In this document: in pieces, positions 11,633 through 23,828 of the stretch | Position numbering within the stretch: position 1 is the stretch's first letter | How the letters are laid out: each line of letters opens with the position of its first letter | From: Anaeramoeba ignava BMAN | Taxonomy: Eukaryota; Protista; Anaeramoebae | DNA: 64,000 nt | NCBI GenBank assembly: GCA_028826165.1 | Contig: JAPDFW010000092.1 | Span: 558,001-622,000 of the forward strand | Direction: 5' to 3' | Translations under genes and position numbers: made by a program | The notes under the pieces: model-generated | Told to the model about the DNA's origin: nothing | Database searches by the model: none | The model's input: only the letters and a program-made list of their open reading frames with translations

Positions 11633-14600
11633 TCACATTATTGAACAGCAATGTTTTGAATTTTTTAATTGAGAATTTGGTTCAACAATTTTTGGAAGAT
11701 CTGTATAATATTTAATATTTGGATTTTGATTTTCATTTTGATTTTGATTTTGATTTTCTTTTTCATTTTCATTTTCATTTTCTTTTTCATTTTGATTTTG
11801 ATTTTCATTTTCTTTTTCTTTTTGATTTTGATTTTCTTTTTCTTTTTCATTTTCTTTTTCAAATTTAAATTGATTTTTATTTTCATTTCTAAATTTTGGA
11901 GTTAAATCATTCATTTCAATTTCAATTGTTTGCCTTTTAAATTTAGGAAATAAATTAATGCTTCTAGTTCTTGGCAAATATATTTCTTTTGGTGGATTTT
12001 CTCTGATTGGTTTTGGTGAATTAAATATGTCAGAAGTTATAAGCATACTTTTTGTTGTTTGTCTTCCTTTAAGTTGAAAAAATGGATTTTGATCTCCATT
12101 ATCAAATTCTTGATCAGGTTCAAAAACTATAGAATATGATTTTGCAAGACTTGTGAAAATTAGATTTGCTGGTGCTGAATCGTTTGATGGACTAATTAAT
12201 ATTAATTTTAATTTTAAAATGAATTTTAATTTTAATATTAATTTTAATTTTAATTTTAAATTTCAAAATTAATTTTAAATTAATATTAATTTTAATTTTA
12301 ATTTTAATTTTAATTTTAATTTTAATTTTAATTTTAATTTTAATTTTAATTTTAATTTTAATTTTAATTTTAATTTTAATTTTAATTTTAATTTTAATTT
12401 TAATTTTAATTTTAATTTTAATTTTAATTTTAATTTTAATTATTATTTTAATTTTAATTTTAATTTTGATTTTAATTTTAATTTTAAATTTTAATTTTAA
12501 TTTTAATTTTAATTTTAATTTTAATTTCAATTTTAAATTTCAAAATAAATTTTTTTTAATTTTAATTTTAATTTTAATTTTAATTTTAATTTTAATTTTA
12601 ATTTTAATATTAATTTTAATTTTATTTTAAATTTTTAATTTTAAATTTAATTCTTTTAATTTTAATTTTAATTTTAATTTTGATTTTAAATTGAATTTTA
12701 ATTTTAATTATAATATTAATTTTTTTAATTTTGATTTTAAAATTTTAATTTTAATTTTAATTTTAATTTTAATTTTAATTTTAATTTTAATTTTATTTAA
12801 TTTTAATTTTAATTTTTAATTTTTAATTTTAATTTTAATTTTAATTTTAATTTCAATTTCAAATTTCAAAATAAATTTTAATTTTAATTTTAATTTTAAT
12901 TTTAATTTTAATTTTAATTTTAATTTTAATTTTAATTTTAATTTTAATTTTAATTTCGAAATTTCAAATTTCAAAATAAATTTTTAATTTTAATTTTAAT
13001 TTTAATTTTAATTTTAATTTTAATTTTAATTTTAATTTTAATTTTAATTTTAATTTTAATTTTAATTTTAATTTTAATTTTAATTTTAATTTTAATTTTA
13101 ATTTTAATTTTAATTTTAATTTAAAATGAATTTTAATTTTAATTTTAATTTTGATTTTAATTTTTATTTTGAATTATTTACCCATTTTTTGGAGAAGGTG
13201 ATTGATGTCCTTCTTCTTTTCTATATATTTTATGTATAGATTCTGGCATTTCAAAATCAGAATTTCCACTTTGATCAAGTTTTAATCTTGAAATTGCAGT
13301 TCTAAATAAATTTCGAAGATATTCATAATCTGGTTTATCCTCAAATTTTAATCCTAAATAATTTTTTAATTTTAATTTTAAATATAATTATATTTTAATT
13401 TTAATTTTAATTTTAATTTTAATTTTAATTTTATTTTTAATTATAATACCTTTTAAATGTTCATAAAATTTAACAAATTCTTTTGGAAGATTTTGACAAA
13501 AATTAGGAGTATCATATCTTTTTTTCATTTCTTTAATTTCTTCTTTTTCTTTCAAAGTTCTCCAAGGTAATTCACCTTGTGCAAATTCAATTAAAACATA
13601 AAACAAAGACCATAAATCATCTTTACGACCAAGATCCTAATTAAATTAATAATTCAATTAATTTTTTAGATTAAAATTTTTTCAATTAATTTTTTCAATT
13701 AATTTTTAGATTAATAAATTTTTTCAATTAAATTTTTTTAATTATTTTTTTAGATTAAAATTTTAAATATTTACATTTCCTTCATGTGAATCAATTGATG
13801 CATATCGAGCTGTTCCTCTAAACCCAACATTTCCTCTTGACTAAAAAAAAGAAAATGAACCAAATTAATTTTTTTTAATCCAAAAAATTTGATTTTAAAT
13901 AATTTAAATAAATTTTATAATTTTTACAGGTCTTGGATTATTTTCATTATCAACAAATTTTCTTGCTAATCCAAAATCAATTAAAACTAGAAATTTTTTG
14001 TTTTCAGGAACTGGATGTTTTCTTATTAAAAAATTAGACTAAAATAAAAATAAAAATAAAATTAAAATTAAAATTAAAATTAAATTTATAATTTATACAG
14101 ATTTAATATCTCTGTGAATATATCCGATTTCATGGATATCTTCAATTGAAGAAATCATTTCTATTCCAAGTTTCATTGTTGTTGCAAGAGAAAATCTTCC
14201 TTTTTGTGTTTTTCTTTTCAATTCTGCTAAATTTGGACCAAGTAAATCCATTACAACATAATAATAATCATCAAAACGACCGCATGAAATAAAATCTGCA
14301 GAATAAGATGATTCTATTTTGATTAAGAATTAAAATGAATTTAATTTAAAATGAATTTAATTTAAAATGAATTTAATTTAAAATGAATTTAAGATCAATT
14401 TAAGATTGTATTTATAAATCTATTTAAAATTGTATTTAAGATTGTATTTATAATTGTATTTAAAAATGTATTTATAATTCTATTTATAATTCTATTTATA
14501 ATTGTATTTATAATTCTATTTATAATTCTATTTATAAATCTATTTATAAATCTATTTATAATTCTATTTATAAATCTATTTATAATTCTATTTATAAATC

Positions 14601-15694
14601 TATTTATAATTGTATTTATAATTCTATTTATAATTCTATTTATAATTCTATTTATAATTCTATTTATAATTGTATTTATAATTGTATTTATAATTGTATT
14701 TAATATCAATTTATAATTGTATTTATAATTCTATTTAAAAATGTATTTAAAATTCTATTTAAAAATCTATTTAAAAATCTATTTATAATTCTATTTATAA
14801 ATCTATTTAAAATTCTATTTATAATTCTATTTAAAATTGTATTTATAATTGTATTTATAATTGTATTTATAATTTTATTTAATATCAATTTATAATTGTA
14901 TTTATAATTGTATTTATAATTCTATTTATAATTGTATTTATAATTGTATTTATAATTGTATTTATAATTGTATTTATAATTGTATTTATAATTCTATTTA
15001 AAAATCTATTTATAATTATATTTATAATTGTATTTATAATTCTATTTATAATTCTATTTAAAATTCTATTTAAGATTCTATTTATAAATCTATTTAAAAT
15101 TCTATTTATAAATCTATTTAAAATTCTATTTATAATTCTATTTAAAAATGTATTTATAATTCTATTTAAAAATGTATTTAAAAATGTATTTAAAATGTAT
15201 TTAAAAATGTAAAATAGATTTTACTTTGAAATCTCTTCATAACGCTAACTTCAATTTTTAAAGTTTCTCTTTTTGGAGCTTTTTTTTCTACTTTAATTGC
15301 AACTTTTGTATCAGTGTCAAGGTCTTGTGCAGAATAAATTTCACCTAAAATGATCATTTTAAAAAGGAAAATTTAAATTAAATTAAATTAAATTAAATTA
15401 AATAAAATTTTTAAAATAAGAAATGAGAATAATTTTAAATGGGATGTTTTTAATTATAAATTTTAATTATAAATTTTAATTATAAATTTTATTTTCTTAA
15501 TTTCTTTTAATTTTAATATCAGATTAACAATTTCTAAAACTCATTTTAATTCCTTTTTTTTTTAAATGAGAAAAAGAATTTTTTTTTTCTTTTAATCTAT
15601 TTTATTTTTTTAATTTAAAATTCTACTTACCAAATGCACCTTGTCCAAGTTTTTGGTCAATTGCCCATCTTGCTCTTAAAACTTTTCCAATCAT
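11633..15694 (-). CDS. Tau-tubulin kinase-like (CK1 group) Ser/Thr kinase, multi-exon, ending in CCSIM
   Basis: LGQGAF|GEIY, VAIKVE, LKIEVSVM, VMDLLGPNLAEL, GYIHRDIKS|SNF, DFGLAR, GFRGTARYASIDSH, LGRKDDLWSLFY. Start taken at MIGKVLRARW (15694); an upstream ATG at 15925 is an alternative. Confidence 0.88.
12193..13180. repeat. (TAATTT)n intronic microsatellite in the kinase gene
   Basis: Long hexamer run; explains the poly-IK ORF. Confidence 0.9.
14330..15215. repeat. 12-bp intronic minisatellite (tttataattcta/tgta)
   Basis: Tandem 12-mers inside a kinase intron; explains the (IINR)n ORFs. Confidence 0.9.
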
Positions 15695-16224
15695 TCTTTT
15701 ATTTATTTAATTTAATAATTAATAATAATACTATTAAAAAAAAAAAAAGAAAGAGAAAATTGAAAAGAAAAAAAATTAAAAAAAAAATTAAAAAAAAATT
15801 GAAAAGAAAAAAATTTTTTTCTCTAATTGTTTTCTTATTGGATTTATTTTAATTTTGTTTTTATTTTTATTTTTATTTTTATTTTTGTTTTTATTTTTAT
15901 TTTTGGATCCTTGATCTTCTTTCATTTAAAAAATTAATTTATAAAAAGGGTAATTTTTTTGGAAATGGTATTTTTGCTTTTTATTTAATTAAATATAAAA
16001 AAAATTAATTCGATTTTTATTTATATTTTTTAATTTAAATTTAATTAAAAAAAAAATTTTTTTCTTTTTCTTTTTCTTTTTTTTAATTAATAAAAAAAAA
16101 TTCCAATTTACAATTAATTTTTTTTATTTTAAGTTTTAGAAATAATTTATAGATTAAAAGAAAAAAAAGAATTAATACTTAAAATTTAAATTATTGATTT
16201 TATTTCAGAAAAAAAACTTATCTA

Positions 16225-16725
16225 ATTTTAATTAAAAAAATATAAAAATCTGTAATTACATTAATTAATATAATTTAAATATTTTGTTATTAAATATTAT
16301 TTTTAAATTAATTCCACAAATTTCCTTTTATTTAGATCAAGTTAACAATCCAAAAATTTTCAATTTAAAAATATTTAATTAAAAAAATATAAAAATTTAT
16401 AATTACATTGATTAATATAATTTAATTATTTTGTTATTAAATATTATTTTTAAATTAATTCCACAAATTTCCTTTTTATTTAGATCAAGTTAACAATCCA
16501 AAAATTTTCAATTTAAAAATATTTAATTAAAAAAATATAAAATTTATAATTACATTAATTAATATAATTTAATTATTTTATTATTAAATATAATTTTAAA
16601 TAATTCCTTAATTTATTTTAAATTAATATAAATCTAGAAATTAATATAAATTTATTTAAAAATTTTAATATTTTTTTAATTAAAATTTACAATTACATTA
16701 ATTAATATAATTTAATTAATTTTTC
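16225..16725. repeat. AT-rich satellite A-related array (two 148-bp variant units plus ~1 canonical unit)
   Basis: gatcaagttaac at 16335 and 16483; 16540-16720 matches the unit of the 25.4-27.5 kb array in the same orientation. Confidence 0.8.
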
Positions 16726-16771
16726 TTTTAATTTATCTATTAATAAATAATTTAAATTTAATTATTATTAA

Positions 16772-17220
16772 TTTCTATTCTTATTTTTTATATTTATATG
16801 TTAAATATTTAAATAATAAAATATTTAAATCTAAAACATTAAATTATTATTTTAATAATAAAATTAATTAATAAATTATATTTTAAATTAATTTATAAAT
16901 TAAATATTAAATTAAATCTATTCTTATTTTTATATTTATATGTTTAATATTTAAATAATAAAATATTTAAATCTAAAACATTAAATTATTATTTTAATAA
17001 TAAAATTAATTAATAAATTATATTTTTAAATTAATTTATAAATTAAATATTAAATTAAATCTATTCTCATTTTTATATTTATATGTTTAATATTTAAATA
17101 ATAAAATATTTAAATCTAAAACATTAAATTATTATTTTAATAATAAAATTAATTAATAAATTATATTTCTAAATTAATTTATAAATTAAATATTAAATTA
17201 AACTTATTCTCATTTTTTAT
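16772..17220 (+). repeat. AT-rich tandem repeat B, ~143-bp unit, ~3 copies (outer end of left arm)
   Basis: ctaaaacattaaatt at 16831, 16973 and 17116. Confidence 0.85.
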
Positions 17221-17553
17221 ATTTTTTCATTTTTCATTTTTTTCCTTTTTTTAAATAAAAAAAATAATTTTAACTAAGTAAATATTATTTAAAAAAAATT
17301 AAATATAAAAATATCTAATTAAACATAAAAATAATAATAAAAACATTCCAATAATCAAAATATTTATAAATTATTAATTAAAATAAAATTTATTTAATCA
17401 AAAAAAATTGAAAAGCAAAAATTTATTTTTCCTTTTTTTTATTTAATAAAATAATAAAAATATTCAATTAAACATCAATTATTTATCTAAATTATTTCAA
17501 TTATTAAAATATTTATTAATTATTTATTAAAATTAATTAGGATATTCCAGAAA

Positions 17554-20500
17554 ATGGATCCATCAATTTGTCCAAAATGTTTCCAAAATTATTCACAAGA
17601 AAGAAAGCCAATGATTATTTGTCAAGAAGGACATTCAATCTGTGGAGATTGTGTGAAAAAAATTGATAGTTGCCCTTTTTGCAGAAATTCTTTTAATGAT
17701 TTTAAACCAATTTTAAATCGCAATTTATTACAAGTTGTAAAGACATTCAAGTTACAATCAAAAGAACAAAAAGTTCCATTTATTCCATTGTCAGAATTAG
17801 AAGTTGAACCAAAACCATTTACTATAGGAGGAAGTGCTCAAATTTATAAAGGAAAATTTAAAGGAAAAGATGTTGTTGTCAAGAGAATGATGGTTATGAA
17901 TGATGAAAAATCAAATCAACAATTTGAAAACGAACTTAAATTAGCAATGAAATTTGAACATCCTTCAATTATTAAAATGTATGGAAAAACAGAAATGGAT
18001 AAAATGGTTGCACTTGTGATTGAATTTGCGAATCAAGGAGATTTAAGTAGCAAAATTCCAAGTTTAACATTTGAAGAACAAGTTGATTATTCTTTGCAAA
18101 TTATTGAAGGGATAAGAGTTTTACATTCAAATTCAATTATTCATCGTGATTTGAAACCTCCAAACATTTTGATAATCGATAATCATCCTAAAATTGCTGA
18201 TTTTGGAATTTCAAAAGTGAAAGAACATACTCTGAGAGTTACTTCAGTCATCATTTCATTTGATTATTCAGCTCCCGAACTTTTCCAAAAAGAGAATATT
18301 TATGATACTTCTTGTGATATTTTTAGTTTATCAATGATTTTATATTCAATTTTCTCAAAGAAAGAACCTTTCGGAAATTTGCATCCTGTTATGATTCCTG
18401 TGAAAGTAACACAAGGTGAAAGACCCGAATTTCCAAATGATTTCCCAAAAGAGTTAGCTAAAGTGATTGATAAAGGATGGAGTACAAATCCAAAAGAAAG
18501 ATCTTCATTGAACGAATTCACTCAATGTTTAGAAAGAATAAAACCTCAAAGTAATTCTTTTTTTCAATGAGATGTATTCAACTAACAAAGCAAAATCTAT
18601 TTTCTTTTAATCATATTTAATTTTCATAAACAATTAATGAAATTCTCAAAATAACAGAATCGATTCTACCAATTTCCCCCAACAATTTTCCTCCTTCAAA
18701 ACCTTCTAATAATAGAGCTAATATATCTCCACCTGTAATTTACAATACATCTTCAAATTTTTCAAAATCAAAATCAAAATCAAAATCAAAATCAAAATCA
18801 AAATCAAAATCAAAATCAAAATTCAAATTCAAAATCAATTAAATTCAAAATCAATTAAATTCAAAATAGACTGTTAAATTTGTGAAGAAAACTTTTGGAA
18901 TTGCTCAACATGATTTTCAAGCATCAAATCCAACAGAATTATCGTTTGCATTTGGAGATGAAGTTGAAATTTTAGCACAACATCAAGATGGATGGGGAGA
19001 TGCAAAATTGAACGGAAAAGCAGGACTTGTACCTCTAAGTTACTTAGATATAGTTGAAAAAACAGTAAAAATGACACCACCATCGACACCTAAATCACGA
19101 ATCCCACGAAAACAAATCGATAAATCAAATCAATTCCCAAAACCAAAATCACCAATATCTAATTTAAGAAAAAGAGAAACAAGCCAAAATCAAAATCAAA
19201 ATCAAATTCAAAATCAAATTCAAAATCAAATTCAAAATCAAATTCAAAATCAAAATCAAAATCAAAATCAAAATCAAAATCAAAATCGAAATCGAAATCA
19301 AAATCAAAATAAAAATCAATTTCCTAAATCAAATCAATTCCCAAAACCAAAATCACCAATATCTAATTTAATAAAAAGAGAAACAAGCCAAAATCAAAAT
19401 CAAAATCAAAATCAAAATCAAAATCAAAAATCAAATCAAATTCAAATTCAAATTCAAAATCAAAATAAAAATAAAAATCAAAATCAAAATCAAAATAATA
19501 ATAAAAATCAAAATAAAAATAAAAATCAATTTCCTAAATCAAATCAATTCCCAAAACCAAAATCACCAATATCTAATTTAATAAAAAGAGAAACAAGCCA
19601 AAATCAAAATCAAAATCAAAACCAAAATCAAAATCAAAATCAAATTCAAATTCAAAATCAAAATCAAAATCAAATTCAAAATCAAAATAAAATTGAAATT
19701 CAATCAACAGAAAAAACAATAAATTTTTTACAAGAACTTTCAAATAAAATTCAACAACATGATAAAAGTAAATCAAAAAAAAAAAAGGAAATTAAATTAA
19801 ATTAAATTGAATTAAATTAAATTAAATAATTTTAATTAATTTATTTAATTAATATTTGATTTATAAAAAAAATAATTTAATTTTACAAAAAAACAAATCA
19901 AAAAGGAAAAACAAAAGAATTAATTGAAATTGATGAATATTTTATTCTTAAATGTATGAATAATTTTCCAACAAATGAAATTATTCAAGAAAATTCATGT
20001 TTTGCTTTAAGAAAATTTACTGAAACAAACAAAAGTAAAATTCAAAAATTAATTTATTTCCAAAACAAAAAGAAAAAAGAAATATTAAATTCAAAATTCA
20101 AAATTCAAAATTCAAAATTCAAAAAAATAGAAAAATCAATTCAATTTGAAAATTTAAATGGAATTTATTTAATTTTGAAAGCAATGAAAAATTTCCCAAA
20201 TAATCAAGAAATTCAATTTCAATCTTTTTCAATTTTTATTAATATTGGAAAAGAAAAAGGTAAATCAATTTATTTTTCCAAAATTTTTTCATTAACAAAA
20301 AAGGAAAATAATCAATTTATTAATAAAATTAATCAATAAAATCAAATTCAAAATTAAAATTAAAATCAAAATCAAAATCAAAATCAAAATCAAAATCAAA
20401 ATCAAAATCAAAATCAAAATCAAAATCAAAATTCAAATTCAAAATCAAAATTAAAATTTAAAATCAAATTCAAAATCAAAATCAAAATCAAAATCAAAAT

Positions 20501-21176
20501 CAAAATCAAAATCAAAATCAAAATCAAAATCAAAATCAAAATCAAAATCAAAATCAAAATCAAATTCAAAATCAAAATCAAAATCAAAATCAAATTCAAA
20601 ATCAAAATCAAAATCAAAATCAAAATCAAAATCAAAATCAAAATCAAAATCAAAATCAAAATCAAATTCAAAATCAAATTCAAAATCAAAATCAAATTCA
20701 AAATCAAATTCAAAATCAAATTCAAATTTAAAATCAAATTCAAAATAGAAAATCAAAACAAAATTAAAGAATTATCTGGAATTGAAATAATTATTTCATC
20801 AATAATTAAATTTGAAAATGATAAAAATTTAAAAAAACAAGGATTTAAAGCTTTATCAAATTTAGGATTGAAAAATAAAGGTAAAAATTATAAAAAAATA
20901 AATTCCAAATTTTTTCTTTCAAAAATAAATTAAATTTTTCAATTCATTCTTCTTTTTCCAAAAAAAACAAAAAACAAAAACAACATTTATTTATTTAGAA
21001 ATTCAAAATCAAATCAAAACAAAGAAAGGTAAAACAAAACATTTTCCTTTTTTATTTCTTTTAACAATTTTTAACAAAACAAATTCATTCATTTTTTCAT
21101 TTATATTTTATTCCATTCTTTTTTTTACTATTATTAATAATTGGATATTTAAATTCCACAAAACAAAACAAAAACA

Positions 21177-21207
<31 letters not shown>

Positions 21208-23395
21208 CAAAACAAAACAAAACAAAACAAAACAAAACAAAAACAATTCAAAATTTCCATTCTTTTTCTTCTTTTTAAAATTTGATAAAAAAAATCCAAA
21301 AAATTTGGATGAAAAAGAATATTCATTCAAAGAATTGAAAATAGAAGATTTTAGAAAAATTGAAAAAGATGTAAATTATTTTGATTTTTGTTAAAATTAT
21401 TTAAAAGAAAAAAAATCAATTATCTAATCTAATATAATATAATATAATATAATCTAATCTAATCTAATCTAATCTAATCTAATCTAATCTAATCTAATCT
21501 AATCTAATCTAATCTAATCTAATATAATCATAAAAAATTTTTTGATTTTATTCTTTTATTTATTTTTTATTGGAAAATTTAAATAGGTTCCTGAAGATTC
21601 TGATTATGTATTATTTATTTAACAAAAAAACAAAAAACTCAAGATTTTTTTAAAAGAGAAAAAACAAAACGAATTTATTCAATTTATTTTAATTTTTGGA
21701 AATAATTTAAATCAATAATTTAATTTTTTTAATTTCTTTTTAACAATCCAAAATTTTTTAATCATCAAATATTTTATATATTTATATATTTATTTGGAAA
21801 AGATAAATCTATTTCCAAATTTTAAATTTATCAAAATGAAAAAATCAAAAATGAAAAATTAATTTCTTTTATATCCAAAATTAAAATTGAATTGAATTGA
21901 ATTAAATTGAATTGAATTATTAAGAGAAAAAAGGGAAAAAATAATGAATTAGTTTTATTATGAATATTTCATTATTTTTATTTGAATTTCTTTTAAGTAA
22001 ATTTTTTTTAAATTAAATTATTTTTTATTATTTCCAAAATAGAAAAATATTGAGAAATTATTATTTAAATCCAAATTTTATTTTATTATTATTTTTATTA
22101 TTATTGAATAAATTTAATCTCATTCTCCTTTTATTTTGTTTTATTTATTGAAATAATTAATTAATTTTTTTTTGATTAAAGAAATTATTTTTAGATTTCT
22201 TCTCAATTTAAATTCCACTTTTTTTCTTTTTTTCTTTTTGATTTTCCATTTTTTTTTCCTTTTCAAAATAATAAAATTTAAATTGAATTAAAAATATTTA
22301 TTTCCAAAAGAAAAAAAAAAAAAGAAAAAGAAATAATAAATTAAATCATTCTCCTTTTATTTTATTTTTTGATTGGAAATTGTTTTTTTATTTTGAAAAA
22401 TATCCTTTTAGATTCATTTGAAGATTATTCTTCTTGGAGGAGATAATATTGGAAAAAGTTGTGTTTTTAATAGGTTTATTTATAATACTTTTGTGAATAC
22501 TATACCAACATTAGGAGTTGATTTCAAGGAAATATTTTTGGAAGTGAATGGAAAAATAATTAAACTTCAAATTTGGGATATAGCTGGTCAAGGTTTGTTT
22601 ATAATTTCTTTTTAAATCAAAATCAAAATTAAAATTAAAATTTATTCCCAAAAATAATAACCAAATCAAAAACAAAAGGAAAATTTAAATCAATTATGAA
22701 ATATTTCTTTCCTTTTTTTTTAATTGAAAAAAAATAAGAATTATTTAAATTTATTTTCTAAAATTTAATTATTTAATTTATTATTTAATTAACAAAATAT
22801 TTCTTTATTTTTTTATTTTGGAATTAATTTCCCAATTTCTTTCCTAATTTATTTTTTTTATTTCATTTTTAGCACGTTTCCGTTCAATTTCAAAAATTTT
22901 TGTAGAATTTTTATTTTAAATTTATTTTCAAATTTTTAGAATATTAATTATCTCAAAATTAAATATAAAAAAAATTTCCAAAAAAATTCCAAAAAATTAA
23001 TTATTTTTTTTTCTTTTTTATTTAAACAAAATTAAAATTGATTTAAATCAAAAAAAACAATTTCCAAAAAATTAGCTTATTATCGAAATACAGATGGAGC
23101 TATGATAGTTTATGATATTACTAACAAAGATTCTTTTGATAATGATGTTAATTATTATATTAAAGATTTGGAAGAAAATGGTTATGAAAATATTCCAAAA
23201 ATATTAATTGGAAATAAATGTGATTTGGAAAAAGAAAGAGAAGTTTCAAAAGAAGAAGCTCAAAAATTTGCTGATGAAATTGGAATTCCATTTATTGAAA
23301 TTTCTGCAAAAAAAAATATTAATATTGATGAAGCTTTTTTTCTTTTAATAAAAATGATATTACAAAATCCAAAATCTAAAAATAAAATTAAATAA
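17554..23395 (+). CDS. Multi-exon RING - TKL-type kinase - SH3 - NQ-rich - 3xARM - Rab-like GTPase fusion protein
   Basis: Proposed exons: 17554-18550, 18658-18734, 18870-19767, 19906-20034, 20131-20259, 20749-20880, 20999-21028, ~21318-21370, 21587-21607, 22412-22592, ~22873-22901, 23076-23395. All GT-AG and in phase, except the switch-II mini-exon, which is off by one base. [23 protein letters not shown]; kinase [14 protein letters not shown]; SH3 [19 protein letters not shown]; Rab GKS, WDIAGQ, NKCD, EISAK. Confidence 0.7.
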
Positions 23396-23828
23396 TAAAT
23401 TGGGAAAGATTCAATTTAAGAAATAATTTGAATAATTATTAATTCAAAAAAAAAACAAAAATAATTATTTTATTCCATTTTTTTTTTGGATTAAATAATT
23501 AAAGAAAATTAAATTAAAATTTGATTTTAATTTTTTTGTTTTTTTAAATTTAGAAAATAAGAATGAAAATTTCCAAATTTGAATAAAAATAATATTTTCA
23601 ATTAATAAAATAAATTCAAAATCAAATTAATTTATTATTTAATTTATTATTTAAAAAATATTTTTATTCCACTTTTTTTTTTTGAATTAAAAATTTAATA
23701 AAAATAAAATTGATTATTTAAATAATAAAATAAATTTATTTTTCTTATTTATTGATTTAAAGAATTTAATTTGATTAAAAATAAATGAAAATAAAATTAA
23801 ATTTTGAAAAAAGAAAAGAAAATAATTT

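Noticed and set aside
17554-23395. Roco/LRRK2-type protein (ARM + GTPase + kinase)
   Set aside because: No COR or LRR domain, the domain order differs, and the GTPase has Rab-type NKCD and SAK motifs.
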